Of a DNA stretch of 64,000 nt, positions 9,064-18,845 are shown in pieces. The notes under the pieces are model-generated. The model ran no database searches. It had not been told where the DNA came from and saw only the letters and a program-made list of their open reading frames with translations. The stretch's first letter is position 1. Each line of letters begins with the position of its first letter. Source of the DNA: an uncultured Bacteroidales bacterium (GTDB taxonomy: Bacteria > Bacteroidota > Bacteroidia > Bacteroidales > Muribaculaceae); assembly GCA_905210435.1 (NCBI GenBank), contig CAJLWO010000001.1:42652-106651 (forward strand), written 5' to 3'. The translations under genes and the position numbers were made by a program.

Positions 9064-10422
9064 ATGGAAAAACAGAAACGATTCATCCTCCCCGAGTCAG
9101 AGATACCCCGCTACTGGTATAATATTCAGGCCGACATGGTCAACAAACCACTGCCGCCGCTCAACCCCGCCACTAAGGAGCCTCTCAAACCCGAGGACTT
9201 ATACCCCATATTCGCCGAAGAGCTTTGCCGCCAGGAACTCAACCAGACCGACGCCTGGATTGAGATACCCGACCAGGTGAGGGAGATGTACAAATATTAC
9301 CGCTCGACCCCGCTTGTGCGCGCCTACGGTCTTGAAGAAGCGTTGGGTACTCCGGCCCACATATATTTCAAGAACGAGAGCGTAAGCCCAATGGGCTCAC
9401 ACAAGCTAAATTCAGCCATACCGCAGGCCTACTACTGCAAGCAGGAGGGAGTCAAGAACGTCACAACCGAGACCGGCGCCGGACAATGGGGCGCGTCGCT
9501 GGCCTACGCCGCACGTCTTTTCGGACTCGAGGCCGCAGTTTACCAGGTGAAAATCAGCTACGAGCAGAAGCCCTACCGCCGCTCTATCATGCAGACATTC
9601 GGCGCGCAGGTGACACCCTCCCCCTCCATGTCGACCCGTGCCGGCAAGGATATACTTACTGCCAACCCCAACCATCAGGGTTCGCTCGGCACCGCCATCT
9701 CCGAGGCCGTGGAGCTTGCCCGCACCACCCCCGACTGTAAATACACCCTCGGCTCGGTGCTCAGCCATGTCACCCTCCACCAGACCGTCATCGGCCTCGA
9801 AGCCGAAAAGCAGATGGAGATGGCCGGCGAATATCCCGACACCATCATAGCATGCTTCGGCGGAGGCTCCAACTTCGGCGGCCTCGCGTTCCCGTTCATG
9901 CGCCACACTATCCTGGAAGGTAAAAAGATACGTTTCATCGCCGCCGAACCGGCATCATGCCCCAAACTGACGCGCGGTAAATTCCAGTACGACTTCGGCG
10001 ACGAGGCCGGCTACACCCCGCTGCTGCCCATGTACACCCTCGGCCACAATTTCGCTCCGGCCAACATTCACGCCGGCGGTCTGCGCTACCACGGCGCGGG
10101 CGTCATCGTATCGCAGCTGCTCAAGGACGGCATGATGGAAGGAGTCGACATCGAGCAGCTCGAATCGTTTGAGGCCGGCACACTCTTCGCGCGCGCCGAA
10201 GGCATCATCCCCGCCCCCGAATCGTGCCACGCCATCGCCGCCACCATCCGCGAAGCCAAGAAATGCATCGAGACAGGCGAAAAGAAAGTAATCCTCTTCA
10301 ACCTCTCTGGCCACGGCCTCATCGACATGGCATCCTACGACAAATATTTCGCCGGCGACCTCGTCAACTACAAACTCTCCGACGAAGAAATCCAGCGCAA
10401 CCTCGACGAAATCAACAAATAA
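9064..10422 (+). CDS. TrpB-like pyridoxal-phosphate-dependent enzyme (tryptophan synthase beta-subunit-like, TrpB2/COG1350)
   Basis: 452 aa; N-terminal ESEIPRYWYNIQADM and PLP-fold motifs (GSHKLN, GGGSNFGG) typical of TrpB2. Confidence 0.75.
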   Translation: MEKQKRFILPESEIPRYWYNIQADMVNKPLPPLNPATKEPLKPEDLYPIFAEELCRQELNQTDAWIEIPDQVREMYKYYRSTPLVRAYGLEEALGTPAHIYFKNESVSPMGSHKLNSAIPQAYYCKQEGVKNVTTETGAGQWGASLAYAARLFGLEAAVYQVKISYEQKPYRRSIMQTFGAQVTPSPSMSTRAGKDILTANPNHQGSLGTAISEAVELARTTPDCKYTLGSVLSHVTLHQTVIGLEAEKQMEMAGEYPDTIIACFGGGSNFGGLAFPFMRHTILEGKKIRFIAAEPASCPKLTRGKFQYDFGDEAGYTPLLPMYTLGHNFAPANIHAGGLRYHGAGVIVSQLLKDGMMEGVDIEQLESFEAGTLFARAEGIIPAPESCHAIAATIREAKKCIETGEKKVILFNLSGHGLIDMASYDKYFAGDLVNYKLSDEEIQRNLDEINK

Positions 10423-10440
10423 TCCCCTGAATCAGTATAA

Positions 10441-10490
10441 ATAAAGAGGGTGTTGCAAAACGTAATCAAACTGTTTTGCAACACCCTCTT
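10441..10490. terminator. Bidirectional rho-independent terminator (18-bp perfect stem)
   Basis: aagagggtgttgcaaaac-gtaatcaaact-gttttgcaacaccctctt followed by tttgttttattt; lies between convergent trpB-like and GH13 genes. Confidence 0.75.
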
Positions 10491-10508
10491 TGTTTTATTT
10501 TACAGTTG

Positions 10509-12833
10509 TCAGTTCATTTTGATGAATACGGGAATCCAGGCTTTTACCGAGACTGTGCCGCTTACGGTGCCGCCGTTGAGGAGGTCTTCACCGGTGCCGC
10601 CTATGCTTACCGAGGTGTCCTGCTGGGGGAAGATGCAGATTACCCTGTTGCCGGTCTCGGCGTCGGTCTTGGTTATTATCTCCACGTTGTTGCCCATCTG
10701 CTGCCGCTGTACGCTGCCGCGCCACAGTGCGGGGTTCTCGGCGCGTGCCTTGAACACTTTTGCCACGTAGTCGTGGACGCGCTGCTCGTTGGGGCTGAAG
10801 CCTGAGATGCGGCCTGAGGTGCGCGCCTTGTTGTCGGCGTTGCCGTTGCCGCTCTTGTCGCCGATTTCATCGCCGTAGTAGGTACATGTCGGTCCGGAGT
10901 ATGCGGCTACGGCGGCATGGCGTGTCATCAGTCCTTCGGGTGAGGTATTGATGTCGACGAAGTCGCCCACGCGCGATGTGTCGTGATTGCTGAGGAAGAT
11001 GGTGGGGTTGACGCCTGCGTCGCGGTAGCCGCGCGATGATGCGTCGTTTGACAGGAACCAGCCGATTGAGCCTACGCCGCGGCTGAGGTTGACGAGGTTA
11101 TCCTTGCCGTCGAAGTCCATGACGCTCTTGAGGCCGTCCTGCTGGGTGACGGTGATGCCGCCGGCACTTGTCCAGTCCTCGCCGACCATGTAGCCGAGAG
11201 TGCCCCACTGCTCGCCGCGTGCCTTGCGCTCGGCAGCTACGGCCTCTACCTCGAGGCGGAGGTCATGCCAGTAGTTGTGGCCACCCTGATATACCTGGTA
11301 GCACTGGTCGAGACGCCATCCGTCGACGCCGAAGTTGTCCATCCAGTAGCGTACCACCTCCTTGAAGTAGTTTAGCGAACCGGGGTAGGAGATATTGCCG
11401 GCGTCGGAGCCGCGCACGTTGGATGCGGTGCGGTTGTCAATATAGTTGCCCTTGGGCGATGCTCCGGTGCAGTTGCTGTGGTGGCCGAAGACGCCGTCGA
11501 GTATGATGTAGATGCCGCGTTCGTGGGCCTTGTCGACAAGTTCGCGGAAATCGGCTTCGGTGCCGAAGTGCGGGTCGATTTTGAAGTAATCGTTGGCGAA
11601 ATAGCCTGTGGCCTTGAGGCGTTCGTCGCCGTGGCCGCCGTTCGACGAGTCGAATACCGGGGTAAGCCAGATGGCGTTCATGCCGAGGTCCTTGATATAG
11701 TCGAGCGCTTCGGTCACGCCTTTGATGTTGCCGTTCTTACGGTGTCCTTCGGGGCCCCACATCTGGCTGTAGCCCGATGCTCCGCGGTCGCTGTGCTGGA
11801 ACGAGCCTACCATCACCTGATAGATGGAGAGTTCGCGCCAGTCGCCGGTAAGGCCCGACACGATGACGGTATCGTCACGGTTGAATGTGGCCGAGAATTC
11901 CGTGGTGCCGATAGCGTTGGTGGCGCTTATCGTCATTGTGGCTGATTCTCCGTCGGCGAGATAATCGCTCACGGCGATTGAGTTGCTTCCGTTGGCGAGG
12001 CTGAGCTGACGGCCGTTGAACGAACCGCTCACCGAGGTAGCATCGTTGGCGATGTCGACAGTGATTACCGAGGTTCCTTTCACTTTGCCCGATGCGGGGC
12101 TTACGGTGATTGACGGTTTCTGCGGCCCCTCGGGGTTGGATGAGTACCATTTCTTATCCTTAAGGAGATACCATCCGTGGTTGCCGTCGAAGTCGAGGGC
12201 TATGCCCGCTTCGCCGGCGGCCGGATAGCGTTCGTTGTCGCTGTTTCCGGTGTTGAATATCACCAGTGCGTTTTTGTCGGCCGTGTCGGGGAGTGTGTAG
12301 GTGAACCATCCGTTGGAATCGGCGGTCATCCGTACGCCCGGCCATGTGCCGGCATGTTCGGTAAGAGGCGATGCGGTGTATATGTAGGCATACGGCTGAT
12401 TGTTCCATTCACCTTTGAAGTGGACGGTGCGGCCTGTCTCAATGACGCGGGGGCCGACCTTGACGGTGTAGGTCTTCGTAGCGTTGCTGCTTGTCACCTT
12501 GCAGCTTACGGTGTTGCTGCCGTTGATGAGTCCGGCTACGGAGTGGTTGGTATAGGGCTGGCCGTTGACGGTGAAGTCGACGATGGCGTCGGAAGCTGCG
12601 GGAGCGGCCGAGATGGTGGCAGTCACCGGAAGGTTTTCAATAGTGACGTCGTAGGCGGTGACTGACGAGCTGAACCCGTCGACGATGTTGCTGCCGTCGA
12701 CTTTGATTTCAAGCCGGTTGAGTGACGCGTCGCCGCTGTTGACAGCCGCTGTGGCCTTGACGGATGCCCAACCAAGAAGCAGGGCCATGCTTAACGAGCG
12801 CATTATGCGCGTTATATTGCTTATATTTTTCAT
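10509..12833 (-). CDS. Secreted alpha-amylase family glycoside hydrolase (GH13) with N-terminal Ig/cadherin-like beta-sandwich domains
   Basis: Signal peptide; GH13 motifs (GMNAIWLTPVFDS, YIILDGVFGHH, DGWRLDQC, FLSNHDTSR). Confidence 0.75.
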   Translation of the reverse strand: MKNISNITRIMRSLSMALLLGWASVKATAAVNSGDASLNRLEIKVDGSNIVDGFSSSVTAYDVTIENLPVTATISAAPAASDAIVDFTVNGQPYTNHSVAGLINGSNTVSCKVTSSNATKTYTVKVGPRVIETGRTVHFKGEWNNQPYAYIYTASPLTEHAGTWPGVRMTADSNGWFTYTLPDTADKNALVIFNTGNSDNERYPAAGEAGIALDFDGNHGWYLLKDKKWYSSNPEGPQKPSITVSPASGKVKGTSVITVDIANDATSVSGSFNGRQLSLANGSNSIAVSDYLADGESATMTISATNAIGTTEFSATFNRDDTVIVSGLTGDWRELSIYQVMVGSFQHSDRGASGYSQMWGPEGHRKNGNIKGVTEALDYIKDLGMNAIWLTPVFDSSNGGHGDERLKATGYFANDYFKIDPHFGTEADFRELVDKAHERGIYIILDGVFGHHSNCTGASPKGNYIDNRTASNVRGSDAGNISYPGSLNYFKEVVRYWMDNFGVDGWRLDQCYQVYQGGHNYWHDLRLEVEAVAAERKARGEQWGTLGYMVGEDWTSAGGITVTQQDGLKSVMDFDGKDNLVNLSRGVGSIGWFLSNDASSRGYRDAGVNPTIFLSNHDTSRVGDFVDINTSPEGLMTRHAAVAAYSGPTCTYYGDEIGDKSGNGNADNKARTSGRISGFSPNEQRVHDYVAKVFKARAENPALWRGSVQRQQMGNNVEIITKTDAETGNRVICIFPQQDTSVSIGGTGEDLLNGGTVSGTVSVKAWIPVFIKMN

Positions 12834-12842
12834 GAGTCGGGA

Positions 12843-14468
12843 TTACTTCTTGATTATTTTGAATACTGACCTGTTGGCCGCGGAATCAGTCACGTTGAGT
12901 ATGTACATGCCGGCCGGCATATGCGACAGGTCGAGGGTGGCGCTGTCGGCTCCGGCACAGTCAGTGCCTGCCATGAGCGCTCCGTTGAGGTTGTAGAGCG
13001 CTACTGATGCGAGCGGGGTGGTCGATGCGACAGTCAGCTCCCCTTCGGTGGGATTGGGGCCGGCTGTCACTATGGCTGCCGCGGTGTCCGACATGATGCC
13101 GTCGGCGCCTCCCACATTGCTGTAAAACACTTCGGGGAGCGTGCATGCCTGCGACGAGAGGCCGCGGAGTGCGGGATAGCTCTTGCCGTTGTCGGTGCGC
13201 CATTCCCACACGTTGTCGAAGTCCCAGCCCGTCATTGCCTTGAAGCGGCTGAAGTCGACGATTGCGTCGGCGTTGCGTGTCGATGCATGGTCGCCGTATG
13301 CTGTCCATGTCAGGTGTCCGGCGGGGATGTTGTCCCAGCTGTAGTTGTCTGTCGAGCTGTTGCGCGGGTTGTTGTTGCCGCCGAAGCGTGCCGCATAGTC
13401 GCTCGCCGATGTGATGCCGGCGTTAAGGGCTACGGAGCTTTCCACGCGTCCGTAGTTGGCGCCTGCCACTCCTCCGGCGTAGTCAAAGCCGGTGACGTCG
13501 CCCGAAGCGTAGGTGTTGGCCACCGTGCCCGAGTTTTTGCCTACAAGGCCGCCGGTGGCATAGTCGTCGCGGTTGTCGACTGTGGCTGTGGAGTAGCAGT
13601 CGGTGACTGTGGCGCCGGCATTGTCGCCGATAAGGCCGCCCACGCAAACCGATGTGCCTGTAACTGAGCCGGTCGAGAAGCAGCGTTCCACTGAGCCGCT
13701 GCGTGCATAGCCGGCAAGAGCGCCGACATAGGTGGCACCGCTCACCGTGGCGCTGACAACGCCGAGGTCGCTTATCGCGGCGCCGTCAATTGCCCCGAAG
13801 AGTCCCGTCGCTGAGCCTACGGCGGTGTTTGTGGCCTTGAAGCCTTTGATTGAGTGGCCGTTGCCGTTGAAATGTCCTTTGAACGGATTGTCAATCGAGC
13901 CGATCATACCCTTCACGGTCGAGGCGTCGATGTCGGCGTCAAGCCTGAACCACGCCGATGCCTTCCAGTCGTCGGGAGTGGAGACAAGTGCCGACAGGTC
14001 GTCGGCCGAAGCTATGATATAGGGGTCGGCCTGCGAGCCGGTGCCTCCTGAATAGGATGAACCGCCCCCCTGCTCGACATTGACAAAGCAGTCGGCGGTC
14101 TGTGCTCCCGATGTGGTTTTTGCAATGAATCCGAGTTTTTTGAGACCCTGCAGCTCGGAGTCGCTGAGTCCGTAGAACTGCTTGATGTCGGCGATTTTAA
14201 GGGTGTACACGCCGTTGCTTCCCGACATGCGGAATTTGTCGGTGTGCACATCGCCCCATTGCCATGGCGATTTCGAACTGCCGTTGATGTCGGCGCACCA
14301 GGTGTAGCAGAATACTTCCGAGCCGAGATTGTCGGTCGTGATGGTGACCTCCAGCGGGCTGCCGGATAGCGCCGGCGACGGATTGGTCGTGACTGTGGCA
14401 TTGCTCCCCGCGCTCCACGATGGAAGCGATGTCAGCAACCCAAGCAGACATAGATAAAATTTTTTCAT
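12843..14468 (-). CDS. GLUG-motif repeat protein with N-terminal carbohydrate-binding-like domain and T9SS C-terminal sorting domain
   Basis: Repeats GGLIGDNAGATVTDCYSTATV / TGGLVGKNSGTVANTYASGDV / AGGVAGANYGRV (GLUG-like); C-terminal PAGMYILNVTDSAANRSVFKIIKK; start set at internal MKKFYLCLLGLL signal peptide (ORF extends to 14582). Confidence 0.6.
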   Translation of the reverse strand: MKKFYLCLLGLLTSLPSWSAGSNATVTTNPSPALSGSPLEVTITTDNLGSEVFCYTWCADINGSSKSPWQWGDVHTDKFRMSGSNGVYTLKIADIKQFYGLSDSELQGLKKLGFIAKTTSGAQTADCFVNVEQGGGSSYSGGTGSQADPYIIASADDLSALVSTPDDWKASAWFRLDADIDASTVKGMIGSIDNPFKGHFNGNGHSIKGFKATNTAVGSATGLFGAIDGAAISDLGVVSATVSGATYVGALAGYARSGSVERCFSTGSVTGTSVCVGGLIGDNAGATVTDCYSTATVDNRDDYATGGLVGKNSGTVANTYASGDVTGFDYAGGVAGANYGRVESSVALNAGITSASDYAARFGGNNNPRNSSTDNYSWDNIPAGHLTWTAYGDHASTRNADAIVDFSRFKAMTGWDFDNVWEWRTDNGKSYPALRGLSSQACTLPEVFYSNVGGADGIMSDTAAAIVTAGPNPTEGELTVASTTPLASVALYNLNGALMAGTDCAGADSATLDLSHMPAGMYILNVTDSAANRSVFKIIKK

Positions 14469-14834
14469 TAAAAAACAATTAAAATTAAAAAATGTAAGTA
14501 GATATATGTATAACTTTCCTCGGCATGGCTCCGCTGAGTCATGTCGGGATACAATACGTAATGGCGGAAAACTATAAATCAACCGCTCGCAACGATATTG
14601 TGAATGCGTTAAGGCGAAATTACAGAAATATTAGTAATGACGTATGCAAATATAAACATTTTAAACTGAAAGCCAAAGAAAAGTTACATTTATCTCGTCA
14701 ACACATCCAAAATCTGTCCTGCCGCAAAGCTGTATCCTCCCCGGCCATATAAAATGTACCGCATAAAATACACCGGGAGGGTGCGACGCATTGAATCGCG
14801 TCACAACAAATCCGTTTGTGTAATTTGAGTTTTG

Positions 14835-14920
14835 CGATACCCCGCCGGGCAGCTGATAATCAGCCCTCACTATCGGGTGCGACGGGTAGCAGCCCTACAT
14901 CAGCGACGGCAGTGCTTGTT
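14835..14920. repeat. Degenerate copy of family-1 REP/MITE-like element
   Basis: cagctgataatcagccctcactatcggg...gcagccctacatca matches core and right end of copy at 32247-32365, but second palindrome decayed. Confidence 0.5.
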
Positions 14921-15050
14921 TTGCAACACCCGGCCATATCTTTGCGGTACGTGTTGATTATTTTTGAACAAAAATGTTTTTTGAGGGCTATGGTATATGA
15001 TTTTTCATTATCTTTGTGAAGTCGGTGGGTTAGTTATTTGTGTGAGCCTG

Positions 15051-16529
15051 ATGAAGAAATTATTTATAGCAATCGGTCTTATGGTGCTGTGTCTGGTGTC
15101 GGTATCCGACGCTTGGGCAAAGCCGCGCTCATCAAAAAGCGTCAAGCATCAGCAACGCATTACCGAACATAAAATCAAGCAGACCGACACTCAGATCAAG
15201 GAGAATGCCCGTCAGCTCAAATCAAAGCTCAACGACCTCAACCGCCTGCAGGCCGAGTCGCAGACCATCGGCAGCGCCATAACGGCCATTCAGGCGTCAA
15301 TCGACTCGCTCGATGTGGCGGCAAAGGCGGCGCGCGACTCTGCGGCCAGACTCGACGGCAAGCTCACCGAACTGAAAGATGTCTATGCCGACATATTGCG
15401 CAACTCGCGCCGCTCGCGCATGTCGATGAGCAATCTCGCATTCATTTTCTCTTCCGAATCGTTCACGCAGGCATTCCGGCGTGCCAACGCGCTCAAGCAG
15501 TTCTCGCGCTGGCGCCAGCGCAAGGTGGCCAATATCAATGCTGTGAAAGCGCAGCTCGACGAGCGCAGGCGCTATATCGACACGCTCATGACGCAGAACA
15601 GGGAACTTGCCATGCGCATGTCGATGCGTCATGCCGAGCTAAGCCGGCGTGCCGCCGAGACCGACCGCATCGTGGCCTCGCTCAAAGGGAAGGAGAGCGA
15701 CTTGCGCAAAGTGCTCCGCGACCAGCAGCGGCAGGCAGCAGCGCTCGACCGCGAGCTTGACCGTATCATAAAGGAGGAACAGCGCAAAGCTCTCATTGAG
15801 GAGCAGAAACGCAAACAACGAGAGGAGGAGCAGCGTCGTGCCGAGGAAAAACGACGCGCCGAGGAGCAGCGCAAGGCCGAAGAGCGCCGCAAAGCCGAGG
15901 AACGCAAAGCCGCCGAACAGAAGGCATCGGCAACACCCGCCCCTTCCGCTGACAAAGCCGCCAAGCCCGGCACAACTCCGACAACTCCACCAGGTCAGAC
16001 CGGTCGGACAGGTCAGACACGTCCAACCAATCCGACTACTACCGCCCCGACAACCTCAGCGCCGAAAACAGGCGGGAAGAAGCAGCCGTCTCCGGCACTC
16101 GCATCCGATTTTGCCGCCAACAAAGGGCGCCTGAGCTATCCGGTCAATCCCCACAACATAGTGAAACGCTTCGGCCGACAGCAGCATCCGCTCCACAAGC
16201 ATGTCGTCACCGAAAACGCGGGTATAGACATGGAGACATCGAGCGGTGCCACGGTCAAGAGCGTGTTTGACGGCGAGGTGTCGGCGATATTCTGCCCCGA
16301 CGGCTACAACAACGTGGTGCTGGTGCGCCACGGCCATTACCTTACCGTCTACGCCAATCTCGGCACACTCGCCGTGCGCACTGGCGATAAGGTGAAGACC
16401 GGCCAGAAATTAGGCACCGTCTACGTCGACGCCGCCGACAACAACCGTTCCATACTCCATTTCGAGATACGCAACGCTGCCAATGCGAAATCGGTAACCA
16501 AAGAAAATCCCGAAGTATGGCTGCGGTGA
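15051..16529 (+). CDS. Murein hydrolase activator EnvC-like / M23 family peptidase with long coiled-coil region
   Basis: Signal peptide, extended coiled-coil with K/E/R-rich low-complexity tract, C-terminal M23 LytM domain (GIDMETSSGATVKSVFDGEV...HGHYLTVYANL). Confidence 0.75.
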   Translation: MKKLFIAIGLMVLCLVSVSDAWAKPRSSKSVKHQQRITEHKIKQTDTQIKENARQLKSKLNDLNRLQAESQTIGSAITAIQASIDSLDVAAKAARDSAARLDGKLTELKDVYADILRNSRRSRMSMSNLAFIFSSESFTQAFRRANALKQFSRWRQRKVANINAVKAQLDERRRYIDTLMTQNRELAMRMSMRHAELSRRAAETDRIVASLKGKESDLRKVLRDQQRQAAALDRELDRIIKEEQRKALIEEQKRKQREEEQRRAEEKRRAEEQRKAEERRKAEERKAAEQKASATPAPSADKAAKPGTTPTTPPGQTGRTGQTRPTNPTTTAPTTSAPKTGGKKQPSPALASDFAANKGRLSYPVNPHNIVKRFGRQQHPLHKHVVTENAGIDMETSSGATVKSVFDGEVSAIFCPDGYNNVVLVRHGHYLTVYANLGTLAVRTGDKVKTGQKLGTVYVDAADNNRSILHFEIRNAANAKSVTKENPEVWLR

Positions 16530-17977
16530 AAGGCGTAGGCAAAAACACGTCGGGCAAGGTAGTCAGGACGATGTGGCTCTTCTCTTGGGTGCAGCTCGTG
16601 ACTATCGGCTGCGGCATAGTCCGCACGAAGCTCGTGGCGCTGTGGCTCGGCTCGATGGGCGTGGGCCTTTTCGGCCTGTTCAACACCGCCATGGATGCCA
16701 TCACCACCCTCACGCAGCTCGGTATCCGCCAAAGCCCGGTGCGCAATATCGCATCGGCCTGTGATGGCGGCAAGTTGCGGCGTGTGGTTGCCGCCGTGCG
16801 TGGATGGGCATGGATACTCGGCATAGCCGGCGCATTCCTCACACTTGTTTTCTCACCGCTGCTGAGCCGGCTTACATTCGGCAACGAACAATACACCCTC
16901 GGTTTCATAATACTCTCCGTGGCCGTCATGCTCTCGGCTGTCACCAACGGCGAACTTGCCGTCATGCAGGGTATAGACCGTCTCAACCGCCTGGCACGCG
17001 CCACGGTATGGGGCACTCTCGGCGGACTCGCCGTGTCGGTGCCGCTTTATTGGTTTATGGGGGAGGAGAGCGTGGTGTGGTCCATTCTCGCATATTTCGC
17101 CTGCCAGGCTGCGGCTGTTTTCGTTTTGCGCGAGAAACGCGTCGGAACATGCGCCGAAGGCTCCCGCCCTGTGCGGCTGACGCGGCGTGAACTTATGTCC
17201 GAGGGGAAGGACTTCGTCACGCTCGGCATCTATATGACGCTCTCGGTATTCATAGCAATGGCCGTCAATTATATTTTCATGGCTTACCTTAACCATGAGG
17301 CCGGAATCGACGAGGTGGGACAGTATCAGGCCGGTTACACCATAGTCAACAAATATCTCGGACTGCTCTTCACCGCGATAGGATTTGAATTCTTTCCGCG
17401 TATAAGCAAGGTGCAGGCTTCGGTGAGGAAGGTGTCGACCTTTGTCAGCCACGAAGTCATGGTGGCCGTGCTTGTCGTGCTCCCCGGAGCCACTATGATG
17501 ATGACACTCGACGACGTAATCATAAGGTTGCTTTACAGCGACGAATTCATGCCCGCCGCCGGATATGTCAATGCGGCGTTGGCGGGAACGGTGTTCCGCG
17601 CGTTGTCATGGTGCATGGCCTACACGCTTCTTGCGCGTGGCGACGGCCGCGTGTACCTGCTGACCGAAAGCGCCAGCGGCGCGGCGTTCCTTGTGCTGAG
17701 TTTCGCCGGATACCGTCTCGGAGGGCTCGACGGCCTCGGGGTTGCCTATACTATATGGTACGGCCTGTATGTCGTAATCACCGGCGCGGTGTATTTCGGG
17801 CGCTACAGGATGCGGCTCAACCGCCGCGTGGCGCTCCTTTCGGCCGCAGCGGTGCTGATAACCGCCGGATGCGCATGGGCGCGCATTGAAGGGGTACGCA
17901 TCGTTCCGGCGATGGTCGCGCTCGTATCGTCGGTGGCAGCATTCCGTGTACTGAAATCAATGATAACGGGACGATGA
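16517..17977 (+). CDS. Oligosaccharide/polysaccharide flippase family protein (Wzx/MOP superfamily)
   Basis: About 12 predicted TM helices, 486 aa; 13-nt overlap with envC-like gene. Confidence 0.6.
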   Translation: MAAVKGVGKNTSGKVVRTMWLFSWVQLVTIGCGIVRTKLVALWLGSMGVGLFGLFNTAMDAITTLTQLGIRQSPVRNIASACDGGKLRRVVAAVRGWAWILGIAGAFLTLVFSPLLSRLTFGNEQYTLGFIILSVAVMLSAVTNGELAVMQGIDRLNRLARATVWGTLGGLAVSVPLYWFMGEESVVWSILAYFACQAAAVFVLREKRVGTCAEGSRPVRLTRRELMSEGKDFVTLGIYMTLSVFIAMAVNYIFMAYLNHEAGIDEVGQYQAGYTIVNKYLGLLFTAIGFEFFPRISKVQASVRKVSTFVSHEVMVAVLVVLPGATMMMTLDDVIIRLLYSDEFMPAAGYVNAALAGTVFRALSWCMAYTLLARGDGRVYLLTESASGAAFLVLSFAGYRLGGLDGLGVAYTIWYGLYVVITGAVYFGRYRMRLNRRVALLSAAAVLITAGCAWARIEGVRIVPAMVALVSSVAAFRVLKSMITGR

Positions 17978-18012
17978 TACCGCGACCGGTACAGCAATAA
18001 AATATAACGGAT

Positions 18013-18387
18013 ATGGATACGAAACATTCGATTACTACACGTATACAGGTCAACGGCCTGCGCCTGCGGGGCTACCACGGCGTTTTCGAGCAGGAAACGC
18101 GCGTCGGAAATATTTTCAGCTACGATGTCGATGTGACCGTGCCGTGGCTTGAGGCTGCCGGAACTGACAATATAGAGCTTACCTTAAGCTATGCCGACAT
18201 CGTGGAGGTGGTGCGCGAGGTCAATTCCTCCCCCTCGCGGCTTCTCGAGCACGTGGCCTTCAGATTACGTAAGGCACTTGTGGAAAAGTGGCCGCAGATA
18301 ACGGCCGGCTATGTAAGGGTGGCGAAAATCAAGCCTCCGATTGCCTGTTCGGAACTTGACAGTGCCGCAGTCGTGATAGACTGGTAA
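18013..18387 (+). CDS. folB: Dihydroneopterin aldolase
   Basis: 124 aa; ITTRIQVNGLRLRGYHGVFEQETRVGNIF matches FolB family. Confidence 0.8.
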   Translation: MDTKHSITTRIQVNGLRLRGYHGVFEQETRVGNIFSYDVDVTVPWLEAAGTDNIELTLSYADIVEVVREVNSSPSRLLEHVAFRLRKALVEKWPQITAGYVRVAKIKPPIACSELDSAAVVIDW

Positions 18388-18418
18388 AAATGAAATTCCA
18401 TCCGGAATTGCATCAAAC

Positions 18419-18445
18419 GGGCGCTTTTTTGACACAAAAGCGCAT
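18419..18445 (+). terminator. Terminator-like hairpin after folB
   Basis: gggcgcttttttgacacaaaagcgc. Confidence 0.45.
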
Positions 18446-18845
18446 TTTATTGCCTGCGGGGTAGCAAATCAGCTATAAATAGGTGTATTAATTATACTCC
18501 GATACCGGAGAAACTTAGTAAATTTGCTTAAACGTCATGGAAATGACGGCTCGTCCTGTACAGGCACGTTTCCTATATTGTGCTCTATATTGCGGGAAAA
18601 CATTTTTAGCGGTATTGCCGCATAAGTAACTGTTCAAAATTATTTTGACTATTATGACGGAAGGATTTTTCAGGCGATTTCCGGTGAGGAAGAAGGAGTG
18701 TAGCGAGCTACATGACTGATGACGAGACGGAAAGCGACGAAAAAGACTCCGGCAGAATATTAAAATAATGAGAATGGTTAGTATAAAATAATTTTAAACA
18801 GTTACTTATCTTTTTTTAACCTAACACCAAAATCCTTATATTGCC

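Noticed and set aside
18711-18767. 18-codon ORF MTDDETESDEKDSGRILK in the xylB leader
   Set aside because: Too short and with no RBS context or conservation evidence; probably non-coding leader sequence.
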